A stretch of 63,202 bases of DNA, the filler included, from Perkinsus olseni (lineage: Eukaryota): the NCBI GenBank assembly GCA_013115125.1. It is 15 parts of 15 records of this genome, joined end to end, with 100 filler letters (N's around TTAATTAATTAA, not from the genome) between each part and the next. Parts side by side here need not be neighbours in the genome. Positions count along the whole stretch, not along the records: positions 21,340 to 25,477 come from JABANN010001312.1; positions 25,578 to 29,705 come from JABANN010001313.1; positions 29,806 to 33,927 come from JABANN010001314.1; positions 34,028 to 38,142 come from JABANN010001315.1; 11 more parts are not named here. One strand, 5' to 3'. The notes below the pieces were generated by a model. It ran no database searches. It was not told the origin of the DNA and saw only the letters and a list, made by a program, of their open reading frames with translations. Position numbers and translations under genes: made by a program. Every line of letters begins with the position of its first letter. The first letter of the stretch is position 1. Below, piece after piece: positions 23,603 through 35,686 of this stretch.

Positions 23603-23857
23603 TACTCAGTACAGCGTGGGGGTTTTTTTTGGGGGGGGCCCCCGGAAAATTCCCCCGGGGGGTGGGGTAAAACCCCCCCCCGGGGGGGCCAAATAGGGGA
23701 AAAGGGGGGGAGTTGGGGGGGGGNNNNNNNNNNCTCACCCCCGCGCCCCCTGGGCCCGGGCTCACTTCGCCCCCAACCACACCGCACCATAAACCCGCAC
23801 ACCGGTAAAAAAGTCCGGGGCCCCCCCCCAAAAAAACCCCCCACGCTGTACTGAGTA
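23603..23857. mobile_element. MITE-like inverted repeat flanked by TA, with a low-quality homopolymeric interior and gap
   Basis: TActcagtacagcgtgggg ... ccccacgctgtactgagTA. Confidence 0.5.
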
Positions 23858-24927
23858 ACAGCCCCGCCGCGGGGCTCAAGAATGAGGAAACTGGCCTCAT
23901 TGTGGGGTTGTGAGGAACGTGTCTTCAACAGGGTGACGAAAAATGCACACGATTGAAGAGAAGAGTGGCCGGGCAAAGGGAAAAAGCGCACAGGGAAGTC
24001 TCTGCCAACAGTGGGACTGATGGTACGCAGCAGCAACTGAGTAGCTGCCACGGTGGTGCATGCCCTCCCGACTCGGGACTCCCGACTCGGGAGTCCCGAG
24101 TGAGTCCGTGATGTACGTGGACTCAATCCCGACAGAGGACACCGCGAGTACTTGAGCCTCATGTCATGAGGCGTTGAGAGGATAACCAATCCCAGCCAAA
24201 CAGTCGTGTAAGCTCCAAGAGGCACACAGAAAGTGGCGAACTGATCCAGAATTAAAGAAGGGCCTTCTTCAGGGCCTTCTTAGAAGGCTTACTCTAGTGG
24301 TTACTTACCCGGCTCCCTTCCACCCCGGCGTTGGGGCGCGGGCCAGAGGACCGCGCAAAGAGCGCCGGGTCCTCGGCCAATGGGACGCGGCCACCTCTCA
24401 ACAACAGGGAGGCAGCCGCACCACATCGCCAGGGTGGGCGGGAGGCTCTTTAGAAGATAAAATTAAACTAACTCAACGCGAATGTACCTCACTCATTCCG
24501 AACTCATTCCGAACTCAGGAGGCTCGACTGGTGGTTGATGATTCGAATCAGAGTATGGCCTAGTCGGTAAGCATGCGGATCCTGATTCCGATCAGCGACT
24601 GCACCCTCGCAATCAGGATCCGCGTACCCACCCCGGGCGAAAAGAACCTGGATGGAGTAGTATTTATAGCGCTGATGGACACGCTGAAGCTAAGCTGAGT
24701 GGCGGATGATAAGACGATGGCAGATGAAAGATTGAATTCCATATGGCAAAACCCGGGTGTTGTGTTCCCAATCAGTCAGTCTCTTTACAACGGACCCTGC
24801 CCGATCATCGGGCCCCGATGTATGAGCTGGATGAAATTGCACTGGATGGACTGCCCACGCAGTTTTCACGGTATGAGCATGACACTCGAGGAATATCATA
24901 AGAGCCTTTTAGGGTTGGGAGGTAAAC

Positions 24928-25477
24928 TTGACTTTCCTTTTCAACACACAGTTTTCTGTCAGCCCGATACTATGGTTGGCGTATATGTCACCTTTAATAT
25001 CATACTTGTGGGATGGAACAGTGGATGGGGCATTATTTCGAACCTTCTGCTTGGCCGATGATGTCTGCATCACGATGTCGGTCAATACTAAGGAGTTGAA
25101 CTCGAAACTTGATTTGCTCCAGAAACAGTTAGATGGAGCGCATGGTTTCTTCTCGTCGTCTTCGATCAAGCTTAATGCATCGAAATCTGCACTCGTTGTC
25201 TTCTCCACAAACTCTAACATTCGTAATATGGATGTTAAATTGCACATTGGTGGCGAAGAAGTCCCAAGAGTTGCAGATCAGCGTATGTTGGGGTTATACG
25301 TGGACGAAGGGCTCACATATGCTAAACATTGTGACATATGGAGAAGTCGTGTTTTCTCCCGAATTCGCATTCTTAATCATGTATCAACTAGATCTTGGGG
25401 TACCAGCTTCAGAAGCACTCGACAAATAGCTGACCAATTTATAATGTCTAGTGCTCTATATGCTATACCGGGATTCT
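24928..25477 (+). mobile_element. Non-LTR (LINE) reverse transcriptase fragment, possibly I/Ingi-like
   Basis: SPILW..Y, LADD, LNASKS, MLGL.VD..LT...H, and SWG motif. Confidence 0.85.
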
Positions 25478-27024
25478 NNNNNNNNNNNNNNNNNNNNNNN
25501 NNNNNNNNNNNNNNNNNNNNNTTAATTAATTAANNNNNNNNNNNNNNNNNNNNNNNNNNNNNNNNNNNNNNNNNNNNGTCCTCGAAGATAACTTGGGAAC
25601 GAAGTACACGGGACGAACACTCAGTATCACCGAACGTCTGCCAGTACTCGTTCCACTCGTGGTTGACGAAGTCCTCCGGGGCAACCGCTGTAGGAGGCTG
25701 ACGCAACCAACCGCATCCTTCTCGCTCCGATCCTCTCAAACAAATAGAGTCCCAAGTACGAGACTTCGGGACAAAAGGTGAAGGCTTAGTCCACCCAGGA
25801 TGTCTAAGTCCAGAACGAGCGATAGCACTATCGATATCCCAATCGAAGTGGGGTTTTGGTTGCTGTGGAGGAAGGGTAGAACATTTAAAGCTGAGGTGAG
25901 TGCGAAAATGTGAGGTGAATGCGTAACGATGAGGTCTAGCTGGTGGAATGAGGTATGGGCGGTAGTGCGAGGTGTCCCTTAAATAATGTTTGTCAGATAA
26001 GTATTCCGAGGTTACCCTCTATTCTGAGGTGGTGTTTTTCCCCTGAGCCAGAGTCTCCGAAGAGTGCCGAAATGCCACAGAGCGATCATAGTCCCGTCAA
26101 TTGAACTGAGCGAAACTCACCATTGTTGAAACAGAGAAACGACATGAGCCCACCGTTCTATCAGTTGAAAGTATCAACTAACAGTTGACCACTATGCTCA
26201 TGTGATAGTGTAGTCAATTCAGATTAAGTTACAGCGCGATACTCAGGCCGCACAGAGGCACTGATTCACAGTAAGTCATTAAAATCTTCCCAGGAGGCGC
26301 TCGAAGATGACTCAACAGTTTCCGGACCGTTCGCGTCAGCGGGAGAGGACGCGAGCGTGATCCGCCTTGCAACCCGACGGTCTCGCTCATCCTCTGCCAC
26401 TCTCTCAGGAAAGACGTCCATTGACGAGCTTGAAGTTGGAAGCGGAACAACGACAGTGCTTGCGACTGATCCACTGAACGTTTCCCAGTTCTCAACCGAG
26501 TCTTGGGATGAGAAAGTTTCCCAGTTTTCACGAGTGTATTGTGATGAATATCTTTCACCGGTCTCAACCGAAGTGGACGGCACCTCCTCCACTGCTGCTC
26601 TGCCAGCGTCATCTCCCCCTTCGACAGTGACTGGTCCCTCTTCGCTGAATGATTCCCACTCCGTCTCGCTCGTCGAATCTGACACAGAAACCTGACAAAA
26701 CCCAGTAATACTTCGCTTCTTCGGTTACCTCTCGCGGAATTCGTTTCATCAATAACCGCATCACTGAAACTTTCCCAACCGGCATCGGAGCCCTCCGATT
26801 CGGAAGGACTGTCACGCTCTTCTCTGTCATTCCGTGGCATTGACGGTGAAGACTGTTCATGAGATGAAGATGCAGGGACGGATACTCCGGAGTAGGTACG
26901 CTCCAAAGGGCCTCGCTTCTTGGTGGATCTTCGCCCACGACGTATGGTGGGCAGTTTGTGTTGCCCAGGAGCGAACCTTGAATAGTAGAATCTCCAACGA
27001 GACTTAGATCCGTTCGTGCCCACG

Positions 27025-28200
27025 TTACCTTAGCTTAGTTTTAACAGCGACTTCTGCACAATAGCCATGCTTACACAGTGACCAGTCCCTATTCTCCTTA
27101 CACGTGCACGATACGTCAACATCCTGTGTATTGCAGGAGAATACGGTCACCAAATGATAACAGTAAAATCGCTGTAGGATATCATGCACTCGTAGCTGAT
27201 CAGGATCTGATAGGGGCGCTTTTATACATTTATTCGCTGCGGATTCTGGTGTAAAGAGCGATTGTCCAGGACAAACCGGACGACCTGGAAAACCATATTC
27301 CCGCCATATTACCCTCGCCGAATTCACCCAGTAGGGCAGCGTCGAGATACTGGTTAATACGAGTGGCTGCGAACGACGTAGCCCCCGAACTCCCAAAATT
27401 GTGCCCAGTAAACAGGAAACACCGCGTTTCCTCCGAGATGTCAATTCTGCTGGATACCAGATTAGTTACCTTGAGAGCGCATGGATCAAGAACACTTTTC
27501 AGGTAATCCTTAGGTTGTCAGATAAGTTTACCTCGCTGAAATCTTTCCGACCAAAGATATCTGTTCCCTGCTGCTGCATCTCTGGGTGATACTCTCGCAT
27601 GATTACAGGTGCTGGCCTGCTGATGAAGCATTGTGGGCTCGATTTCTTCATAGATCTCATTATCTATACAAAATACCATTCAGCCAGTGGGTTTGTCTGT
27701 GCTAATGGCTTTGGGGCCCACAGCCTGGGCCAAACCCCTTGGCCTACCAGGATGGCTTCTCTCACGAACATACCAACATCGAAGCTTTCGCCATCGAGCG
27801 CCTTGGACATGATCGAGTTCACAGCCTCTACGATATTGTTCACCACCTGAGTAGCATTGCACAGCTAATCTCTCCGAGCAAATCGGAGATTCACGACTTC
27901 ACCTGGTTTCCTCGCAATCCCTCTGCAGTTATGGCTATGTTCGGATATCCGTAGCGATCAGTATTCAAGGTGGCTTCAAGATATTGCCCGGCATCGGCGG
28001 AAGCGGCACGTGCCTCATCCACTAAGGCGTCTGCTAGGAGATGGTAGAGGTCATCGTTGGTTGAGATGTGAAGGGGGAATATGCAACGCTCGACCTGGAT
28101 GGCATATCAGCGTCAAGATATGAAACGGCATCTCGCGAGCGGACGAGCGGAGTTGGCGGCCGATTCCGCGCAGATTTCAGCGGATGCGCTGAACTATGTA
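27025..28200 (-). mobile_element. Mutator/MULE-like transposase remnant with SWIM zinc finger (introns or frameshifts)
   Basis: VNNIVEAVNS (cf. MULE TNNxxExxN) at ~27840; SCTCKENRDWSLCKH SWIM motif at ~27065-27115; ttggcga/tcgccaa subterminal-type repeats at 28215-28315. Confidence 0.7.
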
Positions 28201-29805
28201 CGGCGTGCCGACCAACTTGGCGAAATCCCGTAAAATCCTGGCCGTATCACGCATATCGCCAAGTTGCTTAAATTTTGTAGAAACAAGGAATCGCCAAAGT
28301 TGGTGAGTTGGCGAAACCTGGTGCTCCGGTAGGGCCTGCGGTTGGTGCTGCGCACCGCGCTCTCTCTAGGAAGGGCTTCCAACCTAACTTTTATGAATAT
28401 GCTGACGACCGCTCCGCTGCACGCAGTGACATAGCGGACTGAGCTATGTGTATGCGTGCCGCAGCTGCGGATTACTCCCAAATCATTGGATTATGAGTAT
28501 AAGTTATTTGATGATATCCCATTCGTAGTTAGTATCACTCTCATTTCCTAACGGTTAACTCCGTAGTCGATGACGCCCTTGAGTTAACACTGGGAATACT
28601 CGACCTTGAGCCACGAGACATCGCAGGCCGAGGTGCGCCACACCTATGCTCAAACTTGGAGCGAGGCTTCCGGCAAAACAATCGGCTACCCACAACTCTG
28701 ACGGGTCGGGACGGGACGCTCGTGTCGGGCTATCCCACATATAACTATCAGTCCACGTCGGGACGCTCGGCTCTGTTGAATGGGGTCCATTGTTAAGGGC
28801 GCGTTTCACGGCCGCTAAGAGAGTCGTCCTCTTTCACCTCCCGTAGGCTTAGCTCGTCATCGAGGTGTGGAAGTGTTAACACAAGACTAAACCCAACTTA
28901 CCGGACGCGACAATTAGCCAGCTGGAGATGACTTACTGGCGGTGAAATCAGGCCTCCTTCGACGCCCCTGCCGAGTCGTCGTGAGTATCAGGTAACCTGA
29001 CTCAGGTTCCTATGTCGTTCGAGTGACTGCCACTCAGTGACGAATCGACCGCATCGATCAACACGTCGAATGCGAGTAGTGATATACACTCGCAATACAG
29101 CTTTCTCATAGACACGCAGATTGTGCACTCTGCATTGCAAAATACATCTCATAGAACGGGGGTGATAAGTCGGGCTTACTATGATTGTGTGCCACGTTTT
29201 GACTGTTAATAACCGCGTCCGTTTTTTCACGAACGTTACACAGGAACGTTGCCTCGAGCCGTACACGGTACGGCGTAGCGACACAACGGAGAAATGTAAT
29301 CGACACTGTGCCGAGGTGTATTCTGTGGCTTTCTCAGACACGGCAGTCATAGTGGAGCTGGCACGCCGTGCGCAATGTAAAATATCAGCAAAAAGGACTA
29401 GGAAGCAGATGAACCTTTTATCACAAAAGCAACCAAGAGCAAGGGTAAAATATGTAGATAATAGTGGCAAATAGATAGATCGTAGTAGACGTGAGCACAG
29501 GTCCTTTAAGATCATTTTAAAGATGGGAATAGGATGGTTTAGTTGCACAATGAGCCATGCAGAGCCATGCAATTAGGTTGCAGTGTCTGACGGATATGAA
29601 TAGAGGGTCCGGAAACCGAATGCGAGTTATTAAAGAGCAGGAATCATTGCAAAGGATTTGACGTTCTTAACCTCAGAATAGCATGGGTTACCAGATTAAA
29701 GCGACNNNNNNNNNNNNNNNNNNNNNNNNNNNNNNNNNNNNNNNNNNNNTTAATTAATTAANNNNNNNNNNNNNNNNNNNNNNNNNNNNNNNNNNNNNNN
29801 NNNNN

Positions 29806-30070
29806 GGCTGAAACTGTACCGCTGGATACTGTACGAGTCGTCAGTGTATGGCCCAAGACTGTACGTGTGGAAACTGTATGGATCAGGCTTGTACGAGTGT
29901 AATTTCTACGAGTTGTCACTGTACTGAACGATCCTCACCGGCCAGTTCATCTTGTTGCAGTTAGTACAGTGTCGTTTCGTACCGTGTCGAACCGTTCAGT
30001 TGCCGCAGGTACAGTTGCAACCGATACAGTGTCGGATCGTACAGTTGCTTCAGGTACAGGTACGGTATAT
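29806..30070. repeat. GTAC-rich subterminal repeats: an element right end finishing ..gatcctcacc at 29939, then oppositely oriented units
   Basis: ttctacgagttg..actgtac..gatcctc(a/g)cc matches the right end of the MITE at 58445-58814. Confidence 0.7.
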
Positions 30071-30370
30071 AGAAAGCAAAATAACCTCAGGGAAATTCAC
30101 TAGACACCAGTTAAACGCAGAAGTAATTGTGAGAAGCGTGGGTAACATTGAGTTGTTGTGGACGAGCCGCCCGTTCAATCTTGAGAGCCGATGACCCGGT
30201 TGGCCGAACATGGCGGTCTCAAACAACATTGGACGGGGACCCCAGGGGAGCAGCGTGCGAGTCAAGTGTTTTGATTTCATCTGCAGCACGCGGTCTGTCG
30301 GCAGTTTTGTGCGCAGTCATTCTTTTTTTCTTCAGGACGGGCGATAAATGCGGCACCGTACAGCTTCTTC

Positions 30371-31433
30371 TTGACTGCCGCAGAAAGGCATGGTATCAGT
30401 ACACTTCACCGCCTCGGTCACTCTACTCGGGCGATTAGCCAGCTCATCGGGCGAAGCCAGAGTTTGGTGTCGCGGGTCTGTCGAAGTCAGTCTACTCGTC
30501 GAGGAGCGCAGAAAGCCAGAGCCCGACGGAACAGTACATTAGGCCGTCCACACATTCTCTCTGAGAGGGAGCGGCGAGCACTGTTGAGATTGCTTAATGC
30601 GGCCAAACATCGGCAGCCACATATCACCGCAAAAGCCTTCTACAACTGCATCAATGCACCGATATCGTACGACACTTTTCTGCGGCTCGTCAGAAGCAGC
30701 TCCTGGAAATGCCGGAAGAGAGTCCGCCGAGTTTGCCCAAACACGCGATAAAGCGGCCCGACTAAAATAAGCACGTGATATTCTGAAGCGGTGCGGCGGG
30801 AAGCGGTCCGAAGTGCTAAAATTCTTTCGTCACGGTGTTGGCTTATATCTTGATGGTGTATCGATAGGCTTCGACGAGCATGGTACCCGGGCCAGTGCCC
30901 GAGAACGAACCTGGACGCATCCAACGCTGGCTGCTGATACATTCAGAAGCTGCTTTTCATGCAGCTGTAAGGTGAAGATCGTGGCGATGACTCGATACGG
31001 CCAGCAATCGGATATCGTGAAGATTAGGGATAGTTCTGCAGCATCGTATTGCGGAGTGTTGCAGCGGGATGCTATTCCGAGGTTGCAGGAAAGATGCAGG
31101 GAAAACCACGATAACCGAAAGGTTATCATCGCGGATAATTTCGCGAGTCAAAAGACAAAAGCCTGTATGCAGGCTTTGGAGAGGGCAGGATGCAAATATG
31201 CTGCGTATCCGGTACGCAGCCCTGACATCAACCCGATTGAAAATGCGTTCAGTGTATTGAAAGGCCGCCCTCGTGCCGAAGCGACGGCTAGCCATCCGTG
31301 TACAACGGAAGCCGACTTTATTGAGCCAGTCCGCCGAATCTTCCGGTCTATTGATACCAACAGCTTAATAAGTACGATGCCGAGAAGACTACAGGCCCTC
31401 CAGGCTACTCGTGGCGGTCTAATCGACTACTAG
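30371..31433 (+). pseudogene. Tc1/IS630-family DD34E transposase, disrupted near 30750-30810
   Basis: N-terminal HTH (GHSTRAISQLIGRSQSLVSR), GRP..LS; catalytic IADN to SPDINPIEN with exactly 34 residues between D and E. Confidence 0.92.
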
Positions 31434-32436
31434 CCTTTGGTAACCCACCCGTTGCAATCTCTGGTCCATCACACATGGCGTGTATTTGTCTCTTAGGTTC
31501 TTATTCCGCCAGCTCGTCGGCTGTCTCGTTCCGCCAGCTTATTCTGTGCCTACGACGCAGCTTGTCGGGGTAGCAGATGTCCCCAAAGATTGACGCTTAT
31601 CGTCTTTAAAGGGTGTCATAGCACGAGGTACGTCAGGTCTTCCATCGGATGTGCTGTCCAAACTCTTTCAGCATTTCAGGCCTTTCTCCTCAGTCACTCG
31701 GACTCGTGACCCATCGTGTTACTCTATTCCGTGAATGGCGTCCTATCGGTGTTATCTCTCGATACAGCGTAAATATAGGTACCCAACTACCATCAATCGC
31801 TGTGGATGAGAAGTACTCTGTATGTTTCTAAGATAAATTGTTGCGTTTTATTTGTTATAGTAATATAGCAGGGGGTCGATAAGAGCCGTGTGATATACTT
31901 CCCGAGTGCAGCTCTCTCATCAATTGGAGGGCAGTGTGTTTCATGATCAGCGAATTGTATAAACGCTTCCGCAACGCAAAATGGACCTATTTTTCCTTCT
32001 TGCTGTTTGCACTCATCGACCCGTGAAGGGATTGTACGCCCAGACCGTTTCGCCCGAATTGATCAATTGATCGATCGAACAACTGAAAATCTGTAGAATA
32101 TAAAAATATATCCATATAATAATTAGCTGATCATTCGATCAAAATATCAGATTTTTCGTCGCAATGGAGTATCTCGACATCGAAGCGGTCGCCTCTTCAC
32201 CGAGTCAGCCGCCAAGCGGCGCTGCGGGGCCGGAAGATACTGCATCCATTGAGAACTTCATAATTCCGGACAGTAGCCAGGTTACCATTTTTTCTAGTCG
32301 GGAAGCACGCACACGTGCTAGAGACGTACGCATCCTGCGAAGTGTCAGACTCAGCAATATGGCTCATCTGGCTTCAATATCCCAAATGATGCTCCGTTGC
32401 GAGCGTCACCGCACTACTCTTGCTTCTATCTAATAA

Positions 32437-33210
32437 ATGGTCTCACCCATGCGATGGCAGTGAATCACTGCTGGCAGCAGCAGCCGCAGCAATCCGCTGC
32501 GGCCAGAACTGGATTTGACCAAAGCAGACTTCGGCAAGGTCATTCGAGAAGCCTTCAAAGAGCATGACGTGCCCTTACTTTACTTTTGCGTCGCCAGCGA
32601 AAAGCATTCCGACTCCAACACTCACTATCACGCCGCAACCAGATCTTCTCGTTGGCACCGCTGCAGAAGAATAGCGCGCTGGTTGTTGCGCCACCGTGTT
32701 GCCGTCAGCTTCAAGGCTTTCAAATCATATCTCGCCTCGTACAAATACTGCGTCAAAAGAGATGTTGCTCCCTCCTTGAGCGAGGGTCATCCGCCGTATC
32801 CCTCGGAACCTGTACAGCGGGAGCTGCGCATCGTCGGCGAGAAACAGGAAGCTGGTGAAGCTTGCAAAATCCGTCGCCTGAGCGATATTGCGGGGTGGGT
32901 GGTGAGCAGAAAACTGAAGACGGAGCGGGAGTTTCTGGCCGCGGCCAGCAAAGAAAAGAACCTGAAGAGCTTTATTCTGGATCACCGAGATACACCGGGT
33001 ACTATGCTCAAGAGGATATGGGGGATGGAGTCCGCGGAGCCTGATCTGATAGGAGCATCCAAATCGAGGATGCAAATTTTGGAGGAGACAGCCGATTCCA
33101 GTGTATGTGCGTGCAACGGCGTCACCTCCAGTGATATCGAGACTATTCTGACCAGGAATGAAGTGCCGGTCCACTCATTCGTTCGCGCCATCAGGCGCAC
33201 GCCTCGGCGG
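32437..33210 (+). pseudogene. rep: HUH (Y1) rolling-circle Rep endonuclease, CRESS-virus/Replitron-like; in-frame TGA at 32461 and 3' truncation by an LTR-like repeat
   Basis: Motif I remnant WQ*ITA; motif II CVASEKHSDSNTHYHAA; motif III YKYCVK. Confidence 0.85.
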
Positions 33211-33317
33211 CTGTCAGCTATGTTGTCTCTCTAGCGCTAGATATTATTGATATTACTACTTTGTAATTGTAAGCTTTCGAGACTGAGTAACATCCACTTC
33301 AAACAGTACGGTTATCT

Positions 33318-33927
33318 ATGTCAAACTCAAACCAGAGCAGTGTTCTCACTGGGCAGACTACTAACAATATGGGGGCTGTGCCGAGAAGTGACGCCTCTGG
33401 TTTGAATCCTGGTACTGGCATGTCGGGGTCTGGTTTGGTTAGCGGTGCAACGTCCAGTGAACTGCAAAGTTTGGCTTCTTATATGGGTATCAGCTTGGAC
33501 CTAGTCGATCAGTTGCGTATGACCGATTTAGATAGTGTCCATGCCCAGGACGCCAATATTAGTTGGGCGGATAAGCTAACGCACCGACGTGCACTCGAGC
33601 AGGTTTTGTGGGCAAAGTCGGCTGGCTGCAAGAAGGTTGCTGCTACTACTGCAAAGAGCAGCGAAAATGTGGATGTCTCCAAGCTTATTTCCCGTGCTAA
33701 GGATGCCGGGAAAGTTAGCGGAGGTATTTTTAAGGGGTCTCAGGATACGAGATCGGTTGCTGTGTTCTTAGATGAGGTTGACTCCATGGATGAGTATGCT
33801 TGTGGCTCTGATGCCTACAAGTATTTCTACCTACGGGCCAGTCTTGATGAAGACATACGTGGTTATGTTAATAAGGAAGTGAAGGCTAAGATCAACAAGG
33901 AAGGTGTGACTGCTGAGAATTGGCAGC
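33318..33927 (+). CDS. gag: LTR retrotransposon Gag N-terminus, related to the 8682 Gag; truncated by contig end
   Basis: RAKDAGKVSGGIFKGSQDTRSVAVF vs RAKAMGTIEGGPYQGTTDQRGFVAF; preceded by an LTR-like repeat. Confidence 0.75.
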
Positions 33928-34644
33928 NNNNNNNNNNNNNNNNNNNNNNNNNNNNNNNNNNNNNNNNNNNNTTAATTAATTAANNNNNNNNNNNNNNNNN
34001 NNNNNNNNNNNNNNNNNNNNNNNNNNNGTGCACACAATATAACACAGCATCTCTCCGCGCCGGTTTTAACCTAGATAAACTACTCGTTTATCCGCTGAAG
34101 GAAAGCCAAAGAACGAACGAGACGCGCAATTCTGAGAGCCAGAACCACCACCCATCAGCATGGAACCCCACTATTTCATGCCCAACACGACCCCGAGCGT
34201 GATACTGCAAACACAACACTCATGGTCGATACAAGAACAGCGCAGGATTGCGAACATCCAGCAGATCGACGAGCTATCGACTTAGACAAGTTGGCCTTCC
34301 AGCTCGCTGAGGCAGAAAGCACGAAGACGTTGGGGGAGATCACCGACGGTAGGCGAAGGCCTCAGCGTGTAACTGGGCCAACCTCGAAAAGGGCAACTCA
34401 CCATGCGGTTTGGGGTCACGACCCGAGCTCACCCATATCCGCAAGCTGCTCGACGAGGCGACGGATAAGCTTTTCGAGCTCGAGCTCAGCACGAAGCTTT
34501 CCCACTAAGTCGGCCTCAGCCGAGAAGAACAAGGGCAGAGCCAGGAGATATGGAAGAGAGTTGGGCCGTGGGTGAATACCGAAGCGGCAATTTGCTGGGA
34601 GCAGAAACGCCTGCAGGCTGCAGGCTGCAGCGGATGGTTGTGTT

Positions 34645-35686
34645 ATGCAGGTCGGCCTCCTTCGGGCCATGCTCCTGGCGACCCAGGAATTGGACGAGGA
34701 GGAAGATGTAGCCCTGCTGGACGAGATACTGCAGCACGGTGGTGTGAACATCGGTATCGAGTCGCCAGTCCACGAAAGTGGCTGGTGGCCTATTACGTCG
34801 GAGAGTCACGAGCCTGAGAATAATGAAAACCTTAGTCACTTCGCAAGCGACTCTCGGCGGAACTATAGCTCCGCCGAGCTGCTGGAGGAGAGTTTGATGG
34901 AGTACTACAACAGCGAAGTCACTAAGGGGTTTATGGAAGACCTGCCATCTCTGCCTCCAGGGGATATCGTGTCGCGTATTGCTGCAATTGAGAAGAAAAA
35001 TGGAGGAGTACGAGTGATCGACGATCTGAGAAGAAGTGGAGTGAATGCTCGAGTTTGCACGGAGGAAACAATTCAGTTGCCGGGGACATCCACGACTGCT
35101 CTTATTCTCCAGAGGATTCGCGATGTGATGACAACGGGCCCGGAACATAGTTGGGGAGATGTAGTCTGTATCGAAACAGAGTGCCTTTCGGCACATACCC
35201 ATCCAGCCCGCTAATAGAAAATACTGCGTCAACTGCATAAATACTCCCTCGGGTTCAAGGTTGGTAGCCCATAAACGGCTACCCTTTGGCCTTCGGAGCT
35301 CACCGCGGCCCTGGGTGAGGCCTTGCGCGTCGGAAGCGAGGCTCGCCAACCCATATTCGCTCAGTGCGACAATCGCGCAGAAGGCCTTCAGCTCTACATC
35401 GACGACCGCAATTACTTCTGCTCGCGGGTGCATGCTGCTCGTCATTTAGTTGGGTTCCTTCTCTTGGATGCGGTACTCGGCATACAGGACTCTTACGAGA
35501 AGATACGGGTGTCGGAGTTCCCGGACCGGGAATCCCGGTGATCTTGGGCCCCAAGACTTGGGATTTCAGTGGGACCTGTGCGATAACACGGTCGGTATAG
35601 CCAAGGGGAAAGCGGAGGCTATTGTAAGCGATATCGAGCGAATCCTAGCGGCTGCTAGCGAGCAGTCAAAGGTTACCTCATCGTAA
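34645..35686 (+). pseudogene. Frameshifted reverse transcriptase, DIRS/Ngaro-like
   Basis: IEKKNGGVRVIDDLRRSGVN, RLPFGLRSSP..W, LYIDD, DLGFQWDL across three frames. Confidence 0.7.
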
